A stretch of 63,999 nucleotides of DNA, filler included, from Sphacelaria rigidula (GCA_964200075.2; 5 parts of 5 records of this genome joined end to end with filler, not necessarily neighbours in it); one strand, 5' to 3'; shown: positions 12,849 through 26,373, counted from the whole stretch's first letter. Translations and numbers: made by a program. Notes: generated by a model from the sequence alone, not told the origin.

Positions 12849-14339
12849 CCTTACCGACGCTCTCACTGCCCGTACACCACAGGGTTTCATCCTTGCGGTG
12901 ACAGTTTAGCTTTTGGGGAACTGTGACATTGTATATCGTGCTCAACCTTGCTAAGTATATTTGATCGTGATTGTGTTTGTCATCATTGTGTTTTCGCTGG
13001 TGCTGCATCACCGGATATCATTTCAGCGGTGACCGTTTTGGTTCGGGGATATACACCATTTTATGGGTTTCGCATTTCTTGTATTTTTGTATTCTATGCG
13101 CAATACATATTCTACACACGTACATTTAGTCGCTTACTGGTATGTCTGTACTTATTGCATTGGATGATGGAGCCCTTTTTGTACCCTCATTTACATGACA
13201 AGCCATGTGTCGAATTCAGTGCTCGACACGGAACGAGTCGATATGCGACAGGAGTGACAAGACCAGGGCATGATCTTATCTTCATTTCCTCAGTGCTCCC
13301 AACTTGTGTTGACCTTTACCCCATACCCTTGTCCTGGGTATATGTGTCATCACGAGAGAAACGACGCTAAATGCGATGGCGACCGTTCATCCCCCACCAG
13401 GCTACGCCGGGACGCGGAAGCATGGTACATCGAGGACGGTATGTGTACGCGTTGATGAATGCAATTATTGGTTCGCTCGGTTGGGTGATTGCTGTACGCC
13501 TTTTGTTTACGTAACAGGACTAACTGTTTGTTGTGACTAAACATTGCGTATCTTGTGTCATATTGCCAAGGGCTATGATAATAGCTTTCGTAACAGTCGC
13601 TGCCGCCAATAGTCCATGTTGCGTGCCATGCTTCACTCTGGTGTTGCAATGTTTATCTCGAGCGTGGATGCTTCTAGATTTCATTAATTTCATTAGGCTG
13701 TTTTCACTCTACCTGCACACTCACGAATGACAACCGTCTTTTCTTGAACTGTGTGGTACATCAAGACCGTATCGTGACTCTATCGTGACTCTATCGTGAA
13801 GACTCATCGTCGAAATACTGGTATCCGGCACAACATCTTGTTACATTACGGTCAACTCAGGTGCTCTTTTGCTGTAAATTTATCCCAGATCTATCCATCG
13901 AGCTATTCTAGTTGCTATCTTACAGCTCATGCGCTTGGGTTTTGGGTAGGTATGTTATCCTTCGGCTGTACTGTTCACAAGATTTGAGAACGATCCGCCC
14001 CATAGCGTTTCATGTCTGCAAGTGTTGTACCAGATATAGCCGCTTATTGCAGTGATTTGTCAGGAGTGTGGAACACCTGAGGTTTGTGCTCCGAATTTGT
14101 TTAGTTTCATATCCAAAACCCCCAACGCTATCAGCACTTTCCCCCCATTTATCCAGTGCAGTTGTTGAAATTTAATGGCAAGAAAAAAAAAGAAAACAAA
14201 CAACAGTCGCCAACTTAACCGAACATGAGCTGCTCTATTCAACAATACACGAAGAGGGGAGACTCGAAGAACGTTTTTCAGAGTGCTACATCAACGACGA
14301 TTAGTGTCTGTTGTGGGTACCGGTGATGACTATATGTTA

Positions 14340-15700
14340 ACTTTTGTCATCCAGCGACAACTGATTTATGACCTGACAATACTGATACACACTAAATACG
14401 CGCACATTGAATCAACACACACCATGCTATTTTGCAGGGTCATTTCTGCCCGAACAGTACGAACAGAGACTACCTCGAGTACGCTCGATCATACGGGTGT
14501 AGACGCTGGGAAAAGGCCGGTCTCAACTTATATAACGATGGTAAAGAGTTGCCTCTTGTAGCCCTGATTTGGAGATCGACTTCCAGCACACTCACTGGAT
14601 GTGTAGATCCGGTATTCGATACACACCACAGGTCATCGACTGGGCACTGAAACATTCTGCCTACCCCCGACCGACGAAAGAGTCGATACCGGTGGCCCGC
14701 ATCCTATTCTTGATCTTGTGTCGAACCTCCGTTATGCCTAGACTAATTTGCAGCCAAAAAGGGGGGAGCCCGCAGCAGCATGAGTGAGGTATTTATGTAG
14801 ATGACTTGAGGTATCGATGGACTACCCTCCCGCAAATCACCCAGGATGTCAAAGTACCGTTGAGAGGGTACGGACAAGTGGGACGGGGACGTAGACCCAA
14901 CGTGTTGGACCAAACGTACACTCCCAGATCCATCCGTCCCTTCCAACATGCCTTATTTCAAATACTATTTAACCGTACTCTCCGGGCTGCCCTAAACACG
15001 CGCGGACGGCAAATAAGCGGCACTGACACCGCGATATGCCTGGAGAGTTTTGTGAAACAAATATTGACACGAACCAGATCAGGTTAGGGTAGTCCTAGAA
15101 GACAAACAGGGGAACAAAAGACGGAGTGCAAGCATCATAGGACACGTCTCGGGAACGTCGGCAATACAGTTGAGACAGGTGAGCTGTATGATTTCTGATC
15201 CATACGAGCGCGAGATACCCGAACGACGAGTGGTTGGAATTCAACAGGGGGGAATTGCGTAAAATTAGCAGTTCAGAGTGAGCGGTATCGAGGACATACC
15301 GACAACGGGTTGCAAACTCGAGGTAAGCAGAAGCCATGCCACCAAACGCGCGCCCCCCCCCGAGTGAGTGATTTGCAGGTGAACAACCCCATGAAGAATG
15401 AACAAGAATTCAACTTCCACTGAACCTCGGAGATGCAGCAGGAGATGAGACAGTTACCCGGTCCCATGAGTGAGGCCAAAACTGGTAGCAGCCGAATCCA
15501 GGTGCAGCCGAAACGAGCCTCTATCCGGTACTTTCTCGATGGAAAGCCATAGAGGAGTGTGTTTGGAGTTACCCCTTTCATGCCAACTCGATAGGTTATA
15601 CCTGGTAAAACACCTGGCAAATCTATTGAGGGGGGATGTTACAGGGTGGGTGATGACCCTGAATAGAAGGCTATAGGGTGATGCGATTGCGGGTCTGCCG
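14340..15700 (+). mobile_element. Highly decayed Ty3/Gypsy remnant: integrase, PPT and start of 3' LTR
   Basis: Frameshifted integrase-like fragments: IHTKYAH, QGHF..RDYLEYARSYGCRR, EIDFQ..SGIRY..VIDWA..AYPRPTKES.PVAR. Purine tract GAGGGGGA is followed by TGTTACA at ~15637. Confidence 0.6.
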
Positions 15701-18084
15701 AACCATTCTTCAGCCCAATGACGATTTGTAAAAGGTAAAGACGCTACCTACCGCAAGCGCACACGAGGTGGCGGCGGGCCCATGGGTACGGGCCAAATTA
15801 TATAACGCATACACTAATTTCAAGTAATTTAATTTAAATTACTACCAGTCCCTCTACATTATATAACGCATTATATAACGCAAACTTGATTTTAGAATAG
15901 ACTACGTCACACTCGTGATCACGGGCCTTCTGGTCCCCGCAGCCACTGCAGCCACAGCAGCCACAGTAGTACAGGACTATACTGTGCTGCGGAAAGATGG
16001 TATCCAGGACACCAACGGCCCCACAAGGAGTGCTTTGTCTTTCTGTATACGGGTTGGTGTCCCCAACGTTTGCTATGAGCCTCGTCGTGCCTGCGGTATC
16101 GTTGCGGTGGCGGGGGTCGGTGTTGCAGTCTCCATTTTTTGCGCTGAGCTAGCTTTCGCCTCCTGTACCCTGCACGGCTTTGGATACGGGGCAGGCGGTG
16201 GTATCGTTGTCGTTGTGCGTTGTTTCATGCTCTCTGATGGCATAACCCCAGAAAAGGACTGTATCGGCATAAATGCTGCTACTGTAGCTCTCCACTGTTG
16301 GCCGTCGTGCTTTAGTTCGGGATGGCTCGTGTTGAGCTGTGCCGCACAGACAGTACTCACGCGATGCCGACCGCCTGGCCAGGGTTGACGCATCTTGCGG
16401 TAAAGATACGGTTGGTACCGCGACATAAATTGTTTGGACATGCAATGGCGAAGACGACCAAATACTCTTACACACGGGACATCAGACAGCTAACGCAAAC
16501 ATGCATTCCTCTTGCATGTGTGATCCCGTGTGTCAGAGTACCGCTCTCCTTCGAAGGTATACCGTATAGCTCGTTTCATGATGACATGGTGCCTGTGAAA
16601 TATCATCGATGTACTGAACTGCTCTGGGCTGTAGCCAGCTAGCGGAGGGGAATGAAGCCCAGACCGGGCCTGGACAGAAAAAACCCAAACAATTCAATCT
16701 TATTGCCCTCTTTGCGGCACATGGGGCTTGAGTAGCGCACGTGTGTCCATCAACACAGAAATCCACGGTTAAATCCGTTCGAGAATCATGGAAAACAACG
16801 AAAAAATCGATGATTTTAATTTAATTATTATATAACGACCCGTACGCATGAACTCGGTGCCCACGAGGTCAGAGAAAGAAAGAGACCGAAAACCAATGCA
16901 ATCCGAGGGCAAATATGGGANNNNNNNNNNCTGCTGAATGCGACATCACCCACACTTCACCAAGGATAACATACATGCTATACGCAATGCTCATTGCGTG
17001 CCGATCTCCTGCAAGCTAATCGACTCAACAAGCAAGAAGGTATGCACGATTCTGGTGTGAAGTAGCGAGTTCGTATTGCCGTTTTACGCTGCAATACGGA
17101 GTCCCAGGATGCCTTGCGTACCCAATGCAACCCATCTAGAGGCTACCTTTCACACCCAACCAATGCATTACTTTTTTTCTGTGACAGTATCTCTTTTGTT
17201 TCCGACAGCTTACAGTATCACTGACGACACAAGGGATCGGCAGTCCGTGAGTGTGCGTTTACACCTTGCGCGGCGATCCCGTAAGCACGCTTCATGCGCC
17301 GCCCCAGCGACAATGACAAGCACATGTCTGGAGCGTCTTTCCCACTGGCGGGCAATGTTAATTGTTGCATGTATGCTTGCGGGAGAAGATATTCCCCCCG
17401 CTATAAACCAAATGGACCCGGCGCAATAATTACTACCTGCTCAATGTGGATATCACACACATGTGACCCGATGGGTTTTCACCCCGCACCTCACATGTTA
17501 TATCACCCGTCAACGAGATGGTAATATCTCGACGCACACGACAGCTATCGACACAAATCGAATTGCTCTGTGTAGATAAAACGCGTACCTACCAGTCCTC
17601 CACTTCTTGGCGGCCAACACCCTTGTCTCAAAATTGCAAGTTGGGGTGAAGCGAAGATCATCTACTTCAGATATTGCACTGTTTCGACGCTCAAGTGAAG
17701 TCTGCCAGGGCTTGAACGACGGCTAGCGTCTAGTAGTACCTACCTGTAGAGTTTCGGCTCTCGTGACGTTCGTCAGTAGTGAGTAATCTTCTGTCGCGTG
17801 AAGGACGGGCATCTTGGAAAATGACGTTTTTGCTAGTACAAATAGTACAACTGTTTTTGGAGTATCCATCGCTAATTTGTGAGCTGTACTCGGTGGAATT
17901 GAGCCAGGCTGCGATCAGAAGGTAGCTTTAGACACATAAAACAGTTGTGTATCGCTTGAGTTGCCATATAACCTTTTGTACACTTCTTAGGCTCCGTCGC
18001 GTCTTTATTTTGGGGGTGGTGATGGGAAACGTGACACTTACCCCCGGCGTAACACTGTATTATTATAGATTTTAGTCTGGACGC

Positions 18085-18283
18085 TATCTCCGTCAGGTAT
18101 AGGAATTACTAGACATGGGGTCTGCCCAATCAAACAGAAAATATTGGCCCAGACTTTCGAGAAAATGGACACCTTCGCCTTAATTAGACGATTCATACGA
18201 TATGCGGATCATGGCCCAACTCGTTTATGTCGATGAAATATTGCTTTGAAAGCTTAAATCCGTTTCTAGGCTGGCCCAGCTCG
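18085..18283. mobile_element. Partial family B element (one end)
   Basis: Matches 30950-30980 joined to 32470-32627; ends CTAGGCTGGCCCAGCTCG|TA. Confidence 0.7.
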
Positions 18284-18324
18284 TATAGAGACGGATTTAT
18301 TAACGGCGCGGGCCAGGAATGCAG

Positions 18325-18620
18325 TGGCAGGTGGTCATCAAAGGACATCCCTATCGCTATTGGGGTGGAGAGAACGGGGGTTCAATTCCCGATGTGTTTT
18401 TTTTTTTTTTTCGTAATGTATGATTTCCACCGTGGAAAGCGTGAGGACGTGAGTAAAGTAGTCGACTAGGTTTGTGTGACGTGAGTTGACGCGGTGCGCA
18501 ACTGCTGACCCAATCCGCGAGACCAAAATGAAAGGCGCGTACCGGGGGAGAGATGGGTTGATCCCTTGAGACAACGGACTCATCCCGAGGAAGGGGAGAG
18601 GTTCAAAGTGTGAGGAAAAA
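18325..18620 (+). mobile_element. tRNA-headed SINE-like element, second near-full copy
   Basis: B-box GGTTCAATTCCC, CGATGTG plus T-run, body GAGTTGACGCGGTGCG...CGCGAGACCA...CATCCCGAGGAAGG...TTCAAAGTG, as at 42941-43236. Confidence 0.6.
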
Positions 18621-18839
18621 ACAAGAACTGTTCCCAATCATATCTTGCCTGAGCTAAAGATAACTCTCCTCGTAAAAATGTGTTTGCGGCAGACACCCAC
18701 ACAGACACTCGGTCAAGATTGGTCAAATCTAGAAAACACCGCCATATTTCTCAGCACTTGACTGTCTCTGGACAAAAAATCGTGTTTGGCCAAAATAACA
18801 ACTGCGGCTATCGGAAACCGTGAAGATTCCCTACAACCC

Positions 18840-19775
18840 CCTAGACGAGTAAAGCAAGTCACTCAAAGGTGTCAAACTCCGCCTACTCACTCTCTTTTAA
18901 ACACGGGATTTTACAAATTGGAGATGGATTTTTAATCGAGGATGAGAACCCGAAGAACTGAAATCTTCGTATCCACACCGAAGACACTTTCTACAATAGC
19001 CCCCCCCCAAACTAGCCCAAAAGTGTCGCAAAAAAATGGCAATACAGCGCCTGATGCTTGGGTTCAGGCCGCTTGAAGCGCCTCATATTGGTAATTTTGG
19101 CTCAAACCAACCCAAGCGTGGGAATTCCCAGCTGTTCGTTGTGCTCGGCGTTTCCCATTTCGATTGATGCAAAGATTTTGCCTTCCAAAACTATGCACTT
19201 TTGAGGGGGGGCTATCGTAGAAAGTGTCCGAATCTTGGAAATACAGTATAGTTCCACTTCTTCACCTACTACTGGTATAGCTTATGACAACTACTGTACG
19301 TAACTCATATTTGGATCCTGATAACCGACAAGTTGGTGTCCTAGGTAAAGAAATAATTTCAGGGAATTTAGATGATCCGATCATATCGCCGAAATTCCCT
19401 AATTTTGTTTTTTCACCTGGGACTCCAACATTTCGGCTATCGAAATCCAAATTTGTATGGCGTGCAGTAGTTGTCAATAGCTGCCAGCAAGTGAAGAAAT
19501 GAAATCATATTTCGAAGATTTGGGATGGATACGAAGAGTTTGGTTCTCCGGGTTCTCATCCTCAATAAAATCCATCCCCACTTTGTAAGATCCCGTGTTT
19601 CAGGGTGTAAAACGACCAAGAAGGACCAAAAAACCGTTCAGACGCCAACTCTAGTGGGAGCCCTTCAAAACTCCTGTCGAAAACTGCCTTTTGGGCCCTT
19701 CTCCGTCGTTTTACGCCCGAAATGAGGGCTAGGCGGGTATTGACGCCTTGGAATGACTTGCGCTACTCGTTGAGA
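18840..19775. repeat. Long imperfect palindrome (foldback element), centre ~19380
   Basis: Arm pairs such as 18899-18982 vs 19510-19600, 18843-18885 vs 19727-19770, and 19255-19355 vs 19390-19500 are reverse complements. Confidence 0.8.
18983..19228. mobile_element. 246-bp MITE with 4-bp TSD, nested in the foldback
   Basis: CGAA|GACACTTTCTACAATAGCCCCCCC...GGGGGGGCTATCGTAGAAAGTGTC|CGAA. The same terminus occurs at 71-98. Confidence 0.85.
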
Positions 19776-19818
19776 TCTGGCAAAGGCTATAGATCCTTCC
19801 AGGGCAACTTTGCATTTC

Positions 19819-20471
19819 TGTAACGGTGCTGGCTAGGCTAACGCCTCATGTATCAGCCAACCCTACTCTATGCAGCAACAGCACCAAGGAATGGAGTGTC
19901 CGGTACTCCAAAGATTCACGCGCAAGGGGTTCTCGCACCTATTGGATCGAATAGGAAGCTCAAACAGGAAGCTGATTCTCACTTTATTAGTTCTAGCTTT
20001 CACCAATAATCGCCTGCGACAATGTATGTAGTGACTGATGGTTGAGTGTCCAAGCTGTCGGAGTGATGGACGTGGGGGAGGGGAGGTCGAAATCTCTCCC
20101 CCAACCGACCATCTACTCTCGGAGGCGTGTAGCACCTCGGGATTTGAGGAACACCAATAACAATGTTTTCGTGAGATTGGGAGTAGAGCGCTGATTGAGA
20201 GTGGCTTTGATCATTCACTTCACCTTAGCCAATTTTCATTCCGTGTGTAGTTCTCTTTGTCTCGATCACTAGCGTGTGCTTACAGCTCTACGTCAATATC
20301 CTACTCAGGGGTACCAAGGGCCTCAGTAGTAAGCTACCACGGAAAGCATATCGGGCTTCGTTCGGGAGAATTTCGGAAGTGAAATGATTCATTCACTAAT
20401 TGGACGTTTTTCACTCTCACTCGTATTCTCTACTATCTATCTCACTAAAACATTGTTCAATGTGATCTACA
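19819..20471 (-). repeat. Probable 3' LTR of the Gypsy element
   Basis: On the minus strand, purine-rich GGCAGGGGG directly precedes TGTAGATCAC (20471), and the region ends CCGTTACA (19819), giving TG...CA ends. No second LTR is present to confirm. Confidence 0.55.
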
Positions 20472-23400
20472 CCCCCTGCCAGAGCGTATCTGCCCCACGG
20501 AACCTCGGAGAGGTTCCGTGTATCTACACATACAAATTCTATATCTGCACAATGCTCGTGATCTGCGAGTCTGAGGAAGGAAGCACGAAAAACGCCTGTT
20601 CACCTCATGACACTAGCCCATCCAGACGAGCCCCGTTACAGTTACGATCAAAAAGAAAGCATTAAGCAACGAAAATAGACGCTTTTCTTCACTCATGAAG
20701 TCATGAGTGGAAGAAGGGCGACCCAAGAACAAAGACAACAGAGACAAAGTCCTCAATAGGGCGATGGCCAGCCCTTTGCCCGATCCTCCCACACCTCATA
20801 CAAGAAAAGCAGTTACTGCTTCCACGAGGCGCAATTGCGCAATGGAGCTGAAAAGCGTAGGAGCACACAATGCTGCTGTGGCTAGCGATGAAGCGGGGAA
20901 GCACACAATGCTGTGACGCGCTAGCTAGAAAGAAAACGAGGCAAATCGGGGGGGAAAACAAGGACTAGCTAGAAAGAAAACGAGGCAAATCGAGGGGGAA
21001 AACAGGGACTACGGGCTACGCAGGGCTACGCAGGGAACACCAGATTCAACGCCAGAGGGCGAACCAGTGCAACCATTGCATGGTGGGTTCCGTCCAAAGA
21101 GAAACAGGAAACAGGAAATTAGCAGACCGGAGACCTGAGACGGTCTTGCGCCAGCCATGAAGGTGCAAGAAATGAAAGCGGCGACTCCGGTAGTGATGGG
21201 TGAAGGTGCTCCAGGCAGGCTGCGGTCGTGGTCCGGTGGTGGTGCTCGAAGGTAACTCCGTTGGAAAGGTGTTGGAGGGAGTGGTAGTGTGAGTGCATCG
21301 TACCTGAGCAAATGAAAGATAAGAATGTTTCACAAACGAAACTGGACGGGAGATAAAACATCGTGTTGGAAGCAGAGGTTCGAATGGAAGCGTGTACAGC
21401 TTAAGACGGTGCATGGACGTCGTGAGTGCGGTCGATATTGCGCTGGATGCCTTGACGGAGGCCCTTGGATTTGAGCCGTTGTAGGCACCAAGAACCATGT
21501 GGTGCTGAGGGGCTGATGATGTATAACTCTGGACGGAGCTTGAGCTGCACGGGCCCCGGGTTGTCGATGGAGCGAACGATGTAGGTATTTGGCGCGTGAG
21601 GGTCGACGGAGTGGATTTGACCCGATCACCAGGAGCTGTCGCTGCCCTTGTACCATAGGTAGGCACCTTTAGGGAGCACGCCCTGTTTTGCGTGGATCTT
21701 GTCATCCCATTGTTTCGTGGGTACTAATTCGTAACCATCAGCAACAAAGCGTAGTCCTTGGTTGCGGTGAAGTTCGCGTGTCGCTGCGCCGCGGCGCATA
21801 TTGCGATATTTCTTGTTGTCAGCGAGATGTTGCTGTACGGGTTGCGTCCAGTAGAGGAGAATTGCACGGCGGTGCAAGTGAAGATCGGATTGGCGTTCCC
21901 AAGACGCTCGCCGAAGGCCGTGCCAGTGGGTCTTGTACATAACGGCGATTTTGCCTCCTCGTCCGCGAGCGATCTGGTGACCGGAGATATGTGACACAGC
22001 TAGGTGGAGAGGTTGTGCGGTCACGTCGTCGGCAGTAACGAGATCAGGCGGTGATTTGGCCGAGTAACTGTTCAGCACAAATTGGGTGAGGCCGGCAGGC
22101 AAATATTTCGGCATGTCGCTAGTCTCATGCGGGTTTGTGCAAGCTGTGCATCGGTGCACAGAGACACGAGACTTAGCGCCATGTCCCCGCAAGTCGCGAG
22201 GGAGGTCAAGGTAGACAAGCTTGTCGCCAACGGATTTCCATGAGGGGAAGACGGCGATGGACCAACAGACAAGATCTTAAACGATCTTGTCCAGTTGAGC
22301 GATGATTTGGTCTTCGAGACTGTCTCGTTGGTAGCTTTGTCAGCGCCCTGGCGGATGGTCGACAAACTGTTGTAAACCCACACCCAATCGCCAACAATCC
22401 AGGTGGGATGTTTGTGCATCATGTTGTAGAGAGTGGTGTTGGATCTCTCAAGGCAAGATGCGTTAATGGCGTGTTGTTCCCATACGAGGGTGAAGGCTTT
22501 GCGCTGTCGCGCGCGCGAAATATTATGGTAGGACAACTGATCCTGATCCAGGGACCATCGAAGGTGTGTCTTTCGAACACGGTTATGTGCAACCGAGGGT
22601 AGCATGCAGTTCATTCGGAGGAAGGCCAATAGCGGCGTTAACCGAGTTGTTGTAGGACAGCATGACATGCGAAAGATGGAGGTCCCGACTGCTGCCGAGA
22701 TAGCCCCCCCCCGAACCGGCCATAAACGTGCATGGAGGCGATGATCATAAATACCGTTGAAGATGGTTTCGTGCTGCGCGTCGCGACTCCTTTGGGTGTT
22801 ATTACTGAGTTCGGGCTGCCACACGCCTCTCATGTGAGCGAAAATGCTGCAAACGAGCCCAATAGTGGAATCGCAGCCGATTTGTCGGACGGTCTCCGGT
22901 GCACTATTTGCGGGGGGGCTATCTCGACATCAGTCTCCCAACCGTTTTGACGGTCGTCGACGACCATCGAGAGCATCTGTGCCATAGTGTGGTTGACACG
23001 TTCGGTACCACCGCTTCCATTGGGGTTGTAAGCGCTTGTGGCAATCTTGCAAATGCCGAGGAGCTTGTAGAGTGCATCGGAGAGGTTGGAACAAAATTGC
23101 TGATCATTGTCGGAGAGCAGCCGTTTCGGGCAGCCATAGTGCTTGGTATAGTCGTGGACCAAAATGTCAGCTGTGCCTGCGGCTGCGAAGTCTCCACCGG
23201 TGACAGCGTACATGGATGCATGGCGGCTGAAGCGGCCAGTCAAGAGTAGAATGTAGGTGTTGCCGCGATCTGTAGGCGGTAGGGGACCGAAGTAGTCAAA
23301 CGATACGAGATGGCCAGGGGCATTGGGAAGTGTCGTAAAAATGACGGGCAACGCATTGTCTGGCGTGAGGAATTGCGGACTTGGCACTTGAAGCAACAAC

Positions 23401-25417
23401 GCCGAATCCGAAAACGGGCGGACGCGTCCATACCGATCTACCAGTTAAAACGGTCAAGAAACGTGGGCGTGCGCGTAACTCCCAGACGACAGAACAAATC
23501 AGAGTGGCAGCCTTCCATCACCCTTGGGCGAATCAAAAATGGAACGTAGATGCGGGTGGGTTCGTCATTGAGTGGGCGCGCGTGGCGTCCAGCGGTCGCA
23601 GCTGAATGGGCACCCGACGTTGGTGTTGGGCGACGGTCAAGCACTGGAATAACGTCATTAGTGGTGAAAATTGTGCCCTTTCGGGCGAGTTCATACACCT
23701 CCGAGGCGTTGGGTTGTGGCAGGGTGCTAACCGACGCACAAATATCCTCCGGGATAGGGACAGGGGAGCCAAGCTGTAAGTACCGCGTAGTCGCGCGGCA
23801 TGAGGGCTCTGCTTGTTGTTCATAAGCCCAATCACGATGAGAGTAGCTGGCGAGGAATTCTCGCAGTTGGCCCTCTGCTGGAGAGCCAATCAGGCATGGC
23901 GGCTCAGGGGGGGGCGTACTCATTTGTTGCTTGCCTTAGTCGTTTGACCATTGACTACGCATCCCTTTCGAGACGGAGCAATGGCGGCTCAGGGAGGGGT
24001 GTATTTGGCGATGGGGCGGTGGTGCCGACATCCAGGTCTGCATCAGGAGCAAGATCTAAGGCAGGTTCTCCATTGGCAGGAGGCGCGGACACGGCTGGTG
24101 CCACGGAAATTGCCGTCGAAGGAGGACGCGACGGGGAGCGTGATCGACGTTTGCGGCGCGTAATGCGCGTGTCGGATGTTGATAACAACTCTCGGGGGGC
24201 GCGAGCGCTATGAGCCGGCCTGGGGTGGCTCGGGGAGACAGTATGCGTTTCTGGGGCGGCCGGGGCACGTGAGGAAGTGGTGCGGGCGGCGGACCAAGAG
24301 CGGGTACTATCGGAAATGAGATGAGCAGCTGCAGGTGGTGGCGCAGAAATGATTGCACGAGGACCTAAAGTTAGGAAGTCGACGAAATCAGTGGCGGTGG
24401 GCTTCAGCCCATCCAAGACTGCGTCATGTCGCTGGAAGCGAGGGCTCCCAATGTGCGTATCCTCGTCGGGGCAGTGCACGTCAAGGGCGTATATGTGCGT
24501 GGAAAAACGCCGAATGGTGTAAATGCTGGGTTCATCAGGTTCCGTTAGTCGGCATGCTGGACTGAAGTCTATTACCGTGGGAGGCAGGGGCAAGCGGAGA
24601 GGAGGTGAGCTTTTCCGTTGGTCTTTCCGGGGGCGATGCTTGACAGTATACTGATAAGCAATTAAAAATACCAATCAACGCTGTACACGTGGATTATGTT
24701 CGCCAACCTTAGCGAGTTGTTCGAGGGCACCGTGATCCGTATAGATGTGGAAAGGCACGTGAAATAGGTATTGGCGAAGGCGCTTGATAGCCCAAGTAAT
24801 GACTCCGCCTGCCAACTCGAGTGGGCCCCAGTTCGCCTCATTAGGTAGGGTGGCACGGCTGATATACAAGATGGGTCGGACAGAGCTATCCAGTTGCGGC
24901 TGATTCAGAACTGCGCGTTACCGTCGGTGCTACGTAGCGTCGGTGTGCAATTGAAAGAGGTGAGAGCCATCTTGCACGGCCTCCCAATCTAGAAAGCAGG
25001 GCACAGGTTTTTCGGTAAGTATCTTCAACAGATCACGGACAATGGTTTCCATTTCGTCGGTGAAGACAAACGCGACGCCTTTCTTAAGTAAGTCGGTCAT
25101 TGGGCGAATCCGTTTTGACAGGTTAGGCAGAACTTTGCAGTAGTAGGATAGTCCACCAAGCAGGGGGCGAAGCTGAGTAATGTTGGTGGGCATGGGCAGG
25201 TCAGTCATTGCCCGGACTTTATACGTGTCGGGGTGAAAGCCAGCTGGGGAAATGGAATGCCCCAGGTAGTCCAAGTCGTTCGCCCCGAGGCGAGCTTAGG
25301 ACGGTGACGGAGACAACTTCAGATCGTGCGTGCGCAAGCGAGAAAGGAATTCCCGGAGGGTGTGGATATGTGCCTGAGGTGAAGCATCGAAAGCGATAGC
25401 GTCGTCTAAGTACATTA
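19819..25417 (-). mobile_element. Decayed Ty3/Gypsy LTR retrotransposon (RT-RNase H-integrase order), 5' part lost
   Basis: MYLDD at ~25400; DYLGHSIS...LLGGLSYY; RNase H FQLHTDA, YISRAT...ELAGGV..AIKRLRQYL...IYTDH; integrase SFDYFGPLP, LLSDN, YNPNGSGGTERVN. Multiple frameshifts. Confidence 0.92.
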
Positions 25418-25596
25418 TGAAACAGCAAATTGTGAGAATTGAGGTTTAACTCTGAATTGAGGCTCATGTGGGCAACCCAACTTGCGAACTTTTTGTAGCA
25501 GAAGTACCGAGGGCAAGCTCTTATTCGGATCAAGTAACCTGTGGAGGTGAACCCGTGATGCGTCCTTTTCAGTATGTCCAAATATAGATATAAGTT

Positions 25597-25696
25597 NNNN
25601 NNNNNNNNNNNNNNNNNNNNNNNNNNNNNNNNNNNNNNNNTTAATTAATTAANNNNNNNNNNNNNNNNNNNNNNNNNNNNNNNNNNNNNNNNNNNN
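25597..25696. other. Artificial scaffold spacer
   Basis: N44-TTAATTAATTAA-N44. Confidence 0.97.
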
Positions 25697-26157
25697 CCCC
25701 CCCCGCTCCTCTTGCGATGAGCAATTAAGGCTCTTCGGGCCGAACAATCTTAGCAGGATCCAGGTTACGCCGCACACGACTCGTCGAACACATCACGGCG
25801 CTTCGCGCTAGGTTTTTGCGAACGGCGAAAACTCGGCGTATTCCTTCCCGACTTTGTTAGTGACGGGAGATCATTATCGCTGATGACTTAGCCATGCAAG
25901 GTCATGAGTTCACCCTCCCGCGATGAGCACCGATAAAAGTAGCAACTTCAAATATTCACATACGGAAGTCAAAACTCTATTTCCCCTGCTGCCCCTCTTC
26001 TGCCCCCAATTATCAAGCCCCCACACTCTCCCCTCTGTAACAACCAACGGACCCCCACCCGGCTGGCTCTCTCTGCAACATTCGGCAGCTGCCTGGGGCA
26101 GAACGCCCACGCTGCCCCTTAACCAAGTACCCTTGTTGACGTTACAATAAGACATAC

Positions 26158-26373
26158 CTGCGTTCGTCTTTCCCTCTTTCCTTGACCACCCCCACCGTGA
26201 GCTGATCGTATGGCACGCCCTTCTTTTTCTCTGCTTCGGGCTGTTGCTGCTCGGAGGTGGGGGCCGGCGAGATAGGTATGGCCGTGGCGGAGACTTTCGT
26301 CCAGCTCGGCCTGCTACCTCGCATGGACAGCAGCATTTCACTTTCGATGGCATCTCTACCTTGGCGCTGTGGT
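26158..26373 (-). CDS. NNT: Exon of NAD(P) transhydrogenase, start of the NAD(H)-binding domain I; gene truncated by the scaffold end
   Basis: Translates ...EAEKKKGVPYDQLTVGVVKERGKDERR|, closely resembling the N-terminus of eukaryotic NNT domain I (GIPYKQLTVGVPKE..NEKRVA). Bounded by a cag acceptor and a gtatgt donor. Confidence 0.8.

Noticed and set aside
13401..13438. Possible 38-nt micro-exon (ccaccag|...|gtatgt)
   Set aside because: Splice signals are good, but there is no recognisable homology or partner exon.
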